Assembly: GCA_963759195.1 (NCBI GenBank)
Contig: CAVWXJ010000008.1
Location: 27,898-59,897, forward strand
Reading direction: 5' to 3'
Source: an uncultured archaeon
GTDB taxonomy: Archaea; Thermoproteota; Nitrososphaeria; Nitrososphaerales; Gagatemarchaeaceae
Length of the DNA stretch: 32,000 nt
The notes beneath the pieces were generated by a model. The model was not told where the DNA came from and did no database searches. It saw nothing but the letters and a program-made list of their open reading frames with translations. A program made the translations under genes and the position numbers. This document shows, piece after piece, positions 25,480 through 32,000 of the stretch (the first letter of the stretch is position 1; each line of letters opens with the position of its first letter).

Positions 25480-26499
25480 TCACGCATTTGGCGCTGCGGC
25501 CAGCCTCCCCTCCCCGCTCGGATCGGATAATGCTGGCTCCAGCTCCTTGACCCTGGCCTTCGCTGCAGCTAGCTCAGTGGTGCTTTCGGCCAGCCTCTGC
25601 TCTGCCTCTGCGACCCTCTCCTTCAGCGTTTCAACTTCGGCCTTGGGCGAAGATTCGGCGAGCTCTGCCTCCAACTCTCTCACCCTCGCCTCGAACTGGG
25701 CCTTCGCCGCCTCCAGCTCGGTTTTCGGCATCGATTCGCTCAATCTTGCTTCCAAATCCTGAACCTTAGCCATGAGGCCTTCAGCTTCATCCTTCGGTAC
25801 CGACAGCGACAGCTTCTCCTGAAGTCTTTCCACGTCGGCCCTCAAGCCTGTTTGAGCCTCCTCAAGCCGGTTGATCTTGTCCTCTGCTTCGGCCTTTGGA
25901 ATCGACTCGGTCAGCCTGGACTCGAGCTCCCCAATCCTAGCCCGGTTGGCCCGACCCTCCTTTTCGAGCTCGTTCACCCTGCTGTTGGCTTCTTTCAGCT
26001 GCACCTGCGGCACCGACTCGGATAGTTGCTCCTCCAGCTCGGTAACCCGGGCCTCCAGGGACTCGGCGTCACTCTTGGGTACTGACTGGGCAAGTTGCTC
26101 TTTCAGGCTGTCCACGGAAGACTGAAGCTCTTGAATCGTGGTCTCTGCGTCCTTCTTGGGCATGGAACGCGCCAGCTTCTCCTCAAGCGTCTGGATCTGG
26201 GCTTGAAGACCGGACCTTGCCTTCTCCAGCTCAATCTTGGGTATCGAATCGGCCAGCTTCAATTCCAGCGCTTTTGCTTTGCCTTGAAGAGCTTCGACCT
26301 CGTTTCTTGGGACGGAAAGCGCAAGTTTGGCCTGGAGTTCAGAGACCTTCGCTTCCAGATTCCCCTTAAGAGTCTCCAACTCGGCTCTGGGGACGGAGTC
26401 AGCCAGCTTAGATTCGAGATTCTTGACTCTGGTTCTCAGCCTCTTGAACTGAGGAGACTCTACCTTGAATCTTACTTTCTTTCCAGCCTTCTTGACCAA
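25480..26499 (-). CDS. Coiled-coil tandem-repeat protein (about 10 units punctuated by L-x-x-S-[VIM]-P-[KR])
   Basis: 339 aa. A basic N-terminus (MVKKAGKKVRFK) is followed by repeats of 23, 27, 34 or 37 aa, such as LADSVPRAELETLKGNLEAKVSELQAK and LSESMPKTELEAAKAQFEARVRELEAE. Confidence 0.7.
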   Translation of the reverse strand: MVKKAGKKVRFKVESPQFKRLRTRVKNLESKLADSVPRAELETLKGNLEAKVSELQAKLALSVPRNEVEALQGKAKALELKLADSIPKIELEKARSGLQAQIQTLEEKLARSMPKKDAETTIQELQSSVDSLKEQLAQSVPKSDAESLEARVTELEEQLSESVPQVQLKEANSRVNELEKEGRANRARIGELESRLTESIPKAEAEDKINRLEEAQTGLRADVERLQEKLSLSVPKDEAEGLMAKVQDLEARLSESMPKTELEAAKAQFEARVRELEAELAESSPKAEVETLKERVAEAEQRLAESTTELAAAKARVKELEPALSDPSGEGRLAAAPNA

Positions 26500-26697
26500 A
26501 AGGAGCTTTCACCAATGTAATAACTCCTGCCGAACTAGATAAGCGTATCATGCAACGTAGCAAGCAGCAAGTCCGGTTCTTGGAGGAGTCGTGTATTCAT
26601 TGAACTTCACGTCTCAATCAAGACTTTTCAAGCCTTCCGCTGAAACGACCCGCTCGACAAACGTCGCCGCACGGAAGCGGTTTCAGAATTTGTCGAC

Positions 26698-26922
26698 GTG
26701 AAGGCACAGCTCGATGCAAGGATCGCCGCTCTTCAGCGCGAGAGAGTCGCACTCCAGAAGGAGGTCAGGTCGCTCGGCGAGAGGCTGGCGATCGACCAGT
26801 TGGAGGGACAAGCAAGGTCCCTCGAAGGCGATGTCAACGCCCTCAGGGGGCAGAAGACCGCGCTGCAGCAGAAGCTCGCCAGCTTCGAGGCCCCGGCGGC
26901 TCAGGGCCCGCTGCCCCGCTAA
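26698..26922 (+). CDS. Small coiled-coil protein (74 aa)
   Basis: GTG ORF with heptad-like sequence AQLDARIAALQRERVALQKEVRSLGERLA...ALRGQKTALQQKLASF. The overlapping antisense ORFs are R/L-rich and look spurious. Confidence 0.4.
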   Translation: MKAQLDARIAALQRERVALQKEVRSLGERLAIDQLEGQARSLEGDVNALRGQKTALQQKLASFEAPAAQGPLPR

Positions 26923-27039
26923 GGCCCGTCCGCTCACTAGCCGACCCCTGCGATTTGTCCCGCGAGCCAGCATTTGTAGAGTAGGGACGGTGCACGGTTC
27001 ATCTATTGCTGATGCCGGTAGCCAGCTGTCCCCCTCTCC

Positions 27040-27073
27040 GAACCGAACGTGCATCTTTCGATGCATTCGGTTC
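27040..27073. other. Long near-perfect hairpin (14 bp, TTTC loop)
   Basis: GAACCGAA-CG-TGCATC [TTTC] GATGCA-TTCGGTTC, in intergenic DNA. Confidence 0.6.
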
Positions 27074-27162
27074 CCCATCGTCAGAACTTTTCAATCCACA
27101 ATTCTTACCGACAAATGGGTCGCTGGATATGCGTAAGTAGTACCCTGACTCAATTCTAGGCT

Positions 27163-27276
27163 ATGGCAACTGCACCTACAGGCCACAAATCTCACACTGG
27201 TCGAAATGTTGGCATCGTAATAGTGGTTGTGATTGTCGTGGTCGTTGGTTATCTTTTCCTGACAGGATATCTCTGA
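27163..27276 (+). CDS. Possible 37-aa single-TM micro-protein (MATAPTGHKSHTGRNVGIVIVVVIVVVVGYLFLTGYL)
   Basis: ATG ORF below the track cutoff with a basic N-terminus and a 20-residue hydrophobic helix. It converges on the RNase P RNA 3' end. Confidence 0.25.
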   Translation: MATAPTGHKSHTGRNVGIVIVVVIVVVVGYLFLTGYL

Positions 27277-27640
27277 GTCCCATAAGGCCGTCTTCGCTCA
27301 GGGTGCTTCGGGCAGAGGTTCCTTGCGTGGCCTCTGTCGGACTTGGGCTAGTGGCCTCGGGTCGCAATGAGGTAGCGCCCTTATCCGCATTTACACCGAG
27401 CTTCAGACAGATACTGCCTCGGTACCTGCCTGTCGGCTGGCCTCGCGTGTGCTGGGGAGCACCCGCGTCCCTAGGCGGGAATTGTGCAGCCACGCTTCGT
27501 GTCGGGCAAGGCTTTCACTGCCTACCGTAAGGTCCAGGGACTTGTACCCGTAGTTTGGCACAATCGGTGTGTTAAGCCGCCCAGAAACACAATCACCTGT
27601 CCCGAACCGCTTAACAGTTGAAACGCCCGCATCTGACAGA
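27255..27640 (-). ncRNA. rnpB: RNase P RNA (type A-like); boundaries approximate
   Basis: The minus strand carries, in the correct order and spacing: ACAAGUCCCUGG (27533-27544; cf. CR-I GAAAGUCC), GCUGCACAAUUCCCGCC (27474-27490; cf. CCACAGAAA..ACCGCC), GGUGUAAAUGCGGAUAAGGGCGCUACC (27371-27397; cf. GGUGAAAGGGUGCGGUAAGAGCGCACC) and GAAGACGGCCUUAUGGG (27279-27295; cf. ACAGAACCCGGCUUAUCGG). The region is GC-rich and hairpin-dense, with only junk-like ORFs. Confidence 0.6.
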
Positions 27641-27840
27641 GGGAGGCTCCGACACACTCTGATTGCGAAAAGACGCCAGAATCAGCCTTCTTGAGGGGAG
27701 ATGCCCCTCAAGTCTATCTGACAGGTTCTCCAATGCTGAACACATCGAACTCCGTTCAGCGGCTCTCCTCGAAGCGTGTCTCGAATTCTTTGCCTTCCAT
27801 TTCTTCACCGCAATCGTCACGAGAACTGGCAGGATATTGG

Positions 27841-28212
27841 CTACCTTGACTTGGCGCGTCTGTACCTCTCTCTGATCGAGAGTTGATACACGAATACAGA
27901 AAGGAACAGTATTATGATGAATTGGCGTACATCGAATTGAACGCCAAGAAACGAATCTAGGATTTCAAAGGCGTACCAATCTATTATGCCCACCATGAGG
28001 ATTGCAACCACGGAATCGAGTACGACTCGCCTTGGCGAAATGGGAACCAGAGCAGTCGGTAGCTCAACACGCACGCAATTTTCGCTACCGCGCACGTACT
28101 CCTTGTGCGTTTCACACCACACCGCGTCGCAATACAGGCATCTGAAATATTCATGGCCGCTGCTAATCAGTCCGCCAGCACGTGCTTCGAACTCCCACTT
28201 GTGCTCTCTCAT
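27841..28212 (-). CDS. Hypothetical membrane protein with N-terminal Cys/His cluster
   Basis: 123 aa. HEYFRCLYCDAVWCETH is followed by two hydrophobic helices. The local sequence is AT-richer. Confidence 0.45.
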   Translation of the reverse strand: MREHKWEFEARAGGLISSGHEYFRCLYCDAVWCETHKEYVRGSENCVRVELPTALVPISPRRVVLDSVVAILMVGIIDWYAFEILDSFLGVQFDVRQFIIILFLSVFVYQLSIRERYRRAKSR

Positions 28213-28454
28213 TCATTGTCAATTATTTTCCTTCCAACCTCATAAGTGTTCTTGAGGCCTGTGCGCGTTGAGAAGAATCTCTTGTTCACTGCTTTGCGTT
28301 CAAGCTTGAGAGACGACGGAATTCCATTACTCTCCTCTGTTCTTCGTCGTTGCTTGCTCTCTCCCTTTCTAGTCCCTGCTGATTTGAGGGTTAATCGAGC
28401 TCGCTCGGAATCCTTAATATCGCATTCGGGATAATCTTCCTTGCTGATTCTGGC

Positions 28455-28676
28455 TTGACATTTCAGATTGCATGTTCAACATGCGGTTGCACGCTCTACT
28501 CCGGGTTCAACCTTAGGAACCCAGCAGACGTCCTGAAGCCGTTGGGCTCCAGGTGCAAGAAGTGCGGAGCAAATCTCTCGAGAGACCATTTCAAGGTCGA
28601 TGTTTGGAGGTCTGAGGACGTCATTGTATCGGCGGAGAACCCGCAGCCTCTTCTGTACGCTCAGGCATCGAAGTGA
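28455..28676 (+). CDS. Small zinc-ribbon protein (73 aa)
   Basis: Two CxxC pairs, CSTCGC...CKKCG, with a TTG start. Confidence 0.4.
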   Translation: MTFQIACSTCGCTLYSGFNLRNPADVLKPLGSRCKKCGANLSRDHFKVDVWRSEDVIVSAENPQPLLYAQASK

Positions 28677-28846
28677 CGCCAGAGCGCTTCGGCCTCCCCA
28701 ATTGAGCGCTTCGATCAGCCGAGCGCCATCGATTACGTTCTTCTTACGGCATCGCTGAGCTTCACAGGAACCTCGGCCAAGGCTAGCATGCGTAAGTGCT
28801 GGTCGACACCTGTCTGGGGCTTTCAGAATGACTGGCTTAGGCTTGC

Positions 28847-28854
28847 GTATATAC
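28847..28854 (+). promoter_or_regulatory. TATA-like box (GTATATAC) for the 65-aa zinc-ribbon ORF
   Basis: Centred about 30 nt upstream of the ATG at 28880. Confidence 0.35.
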
Positions 28855-28879
28855 GTGGAGACAAGAAATCAAGAGAAAA

Positions 28880-29077
28880 ATGAGCCGCGGTGGATCTCCT
28901 TCACCGAGCCCGCTGGGACCGCTAACTTACAGGTGTCGGTACTGCGGGAAGGTGGTGAAGCCGGAGAAGCAAGCCGGGAACTTTACCCTGGCGAACATAG
29001 TTGTGATTGAACCCGATGGGTCAGTGCGCAAGGCTTGCAGGAGGTGCGCGAACCTGCCACTCAAGGTGCCGAGATGA
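28880..29077 (+). CDS. Small zinc-ribbon protein (65 aa)
   Basis: ATG ORF with CRYCG...CRRCAN (two CxxC pairs) and a TATA-like box at the expected distance. Confidence 0.45.
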   Translation: MSRGGSPSPSPLGPLTYRCRYCGKVVKPEKQAGNFTLANIVVIEPDGSVRKACRRCANLPLKVPR

Positions 29078-29147
29078 GCTGGAACCACGAGTCGGTTCAC
29101 CAAGACTTCGAAGCGCCCGGTACTAGCGTGGCTCTTCTATCATCGTA

Positions 29148-29257
29148 CGGAATTCCTTCCGATTCGAACCTTTGACCTCCAACCCCGATCGCGGGTGCTA
29201 GTACCAAAAACCCCTAAACGAGTACCAAGCCAATCCAGCACTGAAAACACCGCTAAA
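29148..29257 (-). other. tRNA-like-motif element, copy B (homologous to 17056-17158 plus strand)
   Basis: The minus strand reads TTTAGCGGTGTTTTCAGTGCTGGATTGGCTTGGTACTCGTTTAGGGG ... GGTTCGAATC + hairpin CGGAA-GGAA-TTCCG. It lies about 210 nt downstream of the HerA-like gene. Confidence 0.4.
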
Positions 29258-29469
29258 CGTCCCATTCCAGTACTGAGTTCCGTGTCGTTGCCGTCAGACC
29301 CTATCGCTTCGACATTGCTGCTGCATTCATACGAGGTTTGATTGACGTGAAGAGCGGGAACCGAGACCACTCGCTTAGAGCAAGGCAAGGCGACCGATCA
29401 AAGCCCTTCGACTTGAGGGGCCATTCGAAGCTCCGAGCACGACGAATGAAGGCATGGGCACGCCATTAT

Positions 29470-30906
29470 TCACATTGTTCGTTGGGGGGTCACCTGAACC
29501 TGCTCCAAGAAGAACCTCCTCGTCTCGCCAGAAGCTGGAGCGTCTATCGGGTCGATACTGACGATGACCGGGAGGTTGTTGACCGCGTGCCCCAGCAACA
29601 GGCAAACTCGGGGTGGCAGCGTCCTGACGATGGCCCGCACAGTGTCCGTGTCGACAGTTGAGGCCTGAGAGAGCATGGAAAGGTCTCCATCGTTGCTGAA
29701 GTTGTAGAGGAACATGTTGTCGACCTGCCTGTAGATCCTCTGGTCGATGGCGTCGGGTTGGTTCGTGACGAACACCGTGAAGACGCCAAAGTGCCTCATC
29801 CTGGTGATGAGGTCCTCCCAGTACGTGTCCCTGAGGTAAAGGTGCGCCTCCTCGGCGAATAGGAAGACCGGAGGCACCTTCCTTTGCTCCAGAAGTTCGA
29901 CGAGCTTGGAAAGAATCAGCTCCACAGTCATTTTGCGGTTGAGCGGGGAAACCCCGCTGAGGGAGATGACGAGGGAGCCGCCGCTCTTCGAGGAACGGAA
30001 GAACTCGAGGAGGTCGAACTGCTTCTCCGGCGAGTCAGAGAAGAGCCCGCACGACGCGAGCGTGTGGTAGCGGGCGAAGAGCGCGTCCCTGACGAACTCG
30101 TTGCAGTGCCATTGGTGGATTGCTCCCTCCAGTGTACCCAAAGAAAGGTCGCCTCTGTCCTCCAGGGTCTCCCATATCTTCACAAACTCCCGCAGGGAAG
30201 TTCCGGGCATCTCCAAGGAATGTGTCAGCACCGACGTAATCGACCGCAGCCCAACTGAGGACAATGAGAGCTTCATGTCCCTGCCTGGCCTCAACACCTT
30301 GACGTGTGGGGCGAGGCTCGTCCTGCTCCCGTCCCTCCTCTGACCGATGGTCCCGTATTCGTCATTCAAGTCGAAGACTATGCTGTAGGCACCGTGCTCG
30401 AGCAGCCCGCGGAGTAGAATCTTGGCGAGGTGCGACTTGCCCGATTCCTTCCGTCCGGTGATGACCGTTATTCTTCCGTCGAACGCCTCGGCGGCCACGC
30501 TGAACTCGGAATTGCCGTCGACGCTCCCGAGCCTGATCATCCTCCTGCCTAGGGAGGCAACGCTCTCAGCCAGGTCGCTCACGAGGAGTCTTCGCAACCG
30601 GGAGTTTGTCCTGGACGGCATCCAGTCTATGCGAGGACTGAGCCTGCCTCGCGTGATTGTTCCCCGTGCCTTACAAAGAAGCACCCTCATGTCCCTGATC
30701 TGAGCAGACATCGTTGAGACTTCGGTGGGGTCTTCGGTTACGCCAGGGGTCGAAACGGAGAGGATTTCTTCCCGGGCTATCTCCTCCTCTATGCCCTCTA
30801 TGTCCAGGTAATGCTCGTCGTAAATCTGGAGGACCAGGCTCATCTTTTCCTGGGTTGCGAGGATGTAGTCGCCCACCTTGACATCCTCCTTGGCAGTGGC
30901 GACCAC
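29470..30906 (-). CDS. HerA/FtsK-like ATPase (COG0433/DUF87-type, HAS-barrel + P-loop)
   Basis: 478 aa. Walker A is ITGRKESGKSH and Walker B is PVFLFAEEAHLYL, and VFVTNQPDAIDQRIYRQVDNMFLY also fits. The annotated GTG start may be too far downstream (see findings). Confidence 0.8.
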   Translation of the reverse strand: MVATAKEDVKVGDYILATQEKMSLVLQIYDEHYLDIEGIEEEIAREEILSVSTPGVTEDPTEVSTMSAQIRDMRVLLCKARGTITRGRLSPRIDWMPSRTNSRLRRLLVSDLAESVASLGRRMIRLGSVDGNSEFSVAAEAFDGRITVITGRKESGKSHLAKILLRGLLEHGAYSIVFDLNDEYGTIGQRRDGSRTSLAPHVKVLRPGRDMKLSLSSVGLRSITSVLTHSLEMPGTSLREFVKIWETLEDRGDLSLGTLEGAIHQWHCNEFVRDALFARYHTLASCGLFSDSPEKQFDLLEFFRSSKSGGSLVISLSGVSPLNRKMTVELILSKLVELLEQRKVPPVFLFAEEAHLYLRDTYWEDLITRMRHFGVFTVFVTNQPDAIDQRIYRQVDNMFLYNFSNDGDLSMLSQASTVDTDTVRAIVRTLPPRVCLLLGHAVNNLPVIVSIDPIDAPASGETRRFFLEQVQVTPQRTM

Positions 30907-30944
30907 GATAATGTCGTCCGCGTCCTTACGCAGAATCTTCAGGT

Positions 30945-31889
30945 TCAGGCTCCTCCTCTGAAGCTCCCCAGCGCAATTGTCCTGAGGGTGAACGTCGGTA
31001 GCTGCCTGAACCTGAACCGCTTCGTCACATAGGCCTTCAGCGCCTGGTCCTCAGCCTTTGAGAAAATGGAGAGGTGATGCGCGGCTTTCAACGACTCCGG
31101 GTACCCTGCAGCAAAGGAGTCATTCCAGAGGAGCCTCCCAAGAGCATTCTCCACCGGCTCACGCAGCCCGGCTAGGTCGAGCCTGAAGACGAGGCCGTCG
31201 GGTGCGAATTTGGCAAGGACCGTCTTCACGGGCCCACTATCGAGAAGGTGGAAGGAGGCCGAGCTCGACTTCGAGAGAGACGCCACAGCTCCTTCGGAGA
31301 CGATTAGTGTGCTCGACTTTGAGAACCCGATAAGGCAGTTACCCCCGGGAAGAGGCGTTGGACCCGAGTTGTGCTGTCCAAAAGGATGCTTCAGCGAACC
31401 GTCCGCAATGACAATCATCTCGCTATCGGATGAGAGAAGAGATTCGACCACCCGACCCTCGACGATATTCCTGACAACCCTCTCCGCAATCCCGTGGTCC
31501 GCCAGCAGCAGGCCCATCTCGGCTGAAGAAAGCTCCGACTGCAGACCAGTCATTCCCGAAGCAGAGAGGTAGACCAGGATGGGACCCAGCCTGAAGAAGC
31601 GGCGCAGGGCGCCTTCCCTCGAGATGCCAACAGCTGTCCTCGCAGCGTACAGCGCGCCGTCGGTGGTCTCACCGACCAGGACGCATGTCGAGTCGACTGA
31701 CGCGACCGGTCGCCCTTCTTTGATAGGAACTATGCACCCAGGGACCTGTGTCGCGTCTGTCTCCTCGAAGTACGGATACAGCTGCTTCCCGTATCTGCTG
31801 AAGATGAAGCTCCTGCCTGACGAGCTCCCTCTCCGCGTTCTGAGCCAGGTCTTCGAATCCCTGCCTGAACTCCCTCGCGATGGAGTCAA
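30945..31889 (-). CDS. NurA-like nuclease; N-terminus probably continues in another frame up to the ATG at 31938 (apparent frameshift near 31795)
   Basis: PVASVDSTCVLVGE and SEMIVIADGSLKHP match the NurA D..S / DGSL motifs. It lies immediately upstream of the HerA-like gene on the same strand. Confidence 0.65.
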   Translation of the reverse strand: MTPSRGSSGRDSKTWLRTRRGSSSGRSFIFSRYGKQLYPYFEETDATQVPGCIVPIKEGRPVASVDSTCVLVGETTDGALYAARTAVGISREGALRRFFRLGPILVYLSASGMTGLQSELSSAEMGLLLADHGIAERVVRNIVEGRVVESLLSSDSEMIVIADGSLKHPFGQHNSGPTPLPGGNCLIGFSKSSTLIVSEGAVASLSKSSSASFHLLDSGPVKTVLAKFAPDGLVFRLDLAGLREPVENALGRLLWNDSFAAGYPESLKAAHHLSIFSKAEDQALKAYVTKRFRFRQLPTFTLRTIALGSFRGGA

Positions 31890-32000
31890 ACAGCTCGAGG
31901 TTGTCTGTGTCGGGAAGGCTTATTACGCTGCTGTCCATGTTGGCCAACAATAGGTAGGCACGAAGGGTAGATAAAGATTGCGCAAGTTGGCCAATAACAA

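Noticed and set aside
27430-27500. SRP (7S) RNA Alu-domain-like strings (GGCUGGCC...GCGUCCC...)
   Set aside because: No helix-8-type motif sits at the right distance. The whole region fits RNase P RNA conserved regions on the opposite strand much better.
29148-29230. Possible minus-strand tRNA, because of GGTTCGAATC
   Set aside because: Flanking bases (AAAGG / CGGAA) cannot form a T-stem, and no acceptor stem is present. Treated as element B.
29338-29661. 107-aa + strand ORF and other short ORFs between the zinc-ribbon gene and HerA
   Set aside because: They are antisense to the HerA 3' end and run over tRNA-like element B, with R-rich junk composition.

Overview
Archaeal chromosomal segment, roughly 55-60% GC by eye, with many GTG/TTG starts and TATA boxes about 25-30 nt upstream of starts (near-leaderless transcripts). 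The archaeal assignment rests on TBP, Alba, RNA polymerase subunit P, CDC48/VAT, archaeal-type GlyRS, the HMG-CoA synthase/thiolase/DUF35 trio and a type-A-like RNase P RNA. Housekeeping content: partial Dpm1-like GT2, acetyl-CoA synthetase, rpoP, the mevalonate-entry operon, an NhaP-type antiporter, glyS, a DUF92 membrane protein, an MJ1255-like glycosyltransferase, an XRE regulator, a YkgJ-type Cys-cluster protein, albA, tbp and cdc48. Accessory or unusual content: (1) an IS6-family transposase with an N-terminal SWIM finger, broken by three +1 frameshifts, preceded by a 480-bp AT-rich block containing a 169-nt run with no cytosine on the + strand; a second, decayed 3' fragment of the same IS sits at about 17.5 kb. 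(2) An inverted duplication of about 490 bp (YkgJ 3' part plus a 95-aa HTH-like ORF) brackets alba and two tiny ORFs, one a 29-aa lysine-rich leaderless ORF. (3) A NirK-type nitrite reductase fused to a C-terminal cupredoxin is translationally coupled to a twin-arginine/TM-anchored MoaD/ThiS-like beta-grasp protein ending in Gly-Gly. (4) An RNase P RNA lies under spurious ORFs at about 27.26-27.64 kb on the minus strand. (5) Two homologous ~105-nt elements with tRNA-like T-loop motifs occur in opposite orientation at 17.06 kb and 29.15 kb. (6) A 339-aa coiled-coil protein is built from about 10 repeats punctuated by L-x-x-S-[VIM]-P-K. (7) A stand-alone HerA-like ATPase / NurA-like nuclease pair has an apparent NurA frameshift and sits next to zinc-ribbon mini-proteins. 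No CRISPR array, rRNA or canonical tRNA could be supported. All family assignments are from motif recall, not database searches, and ncRNA boundaries are approximate.
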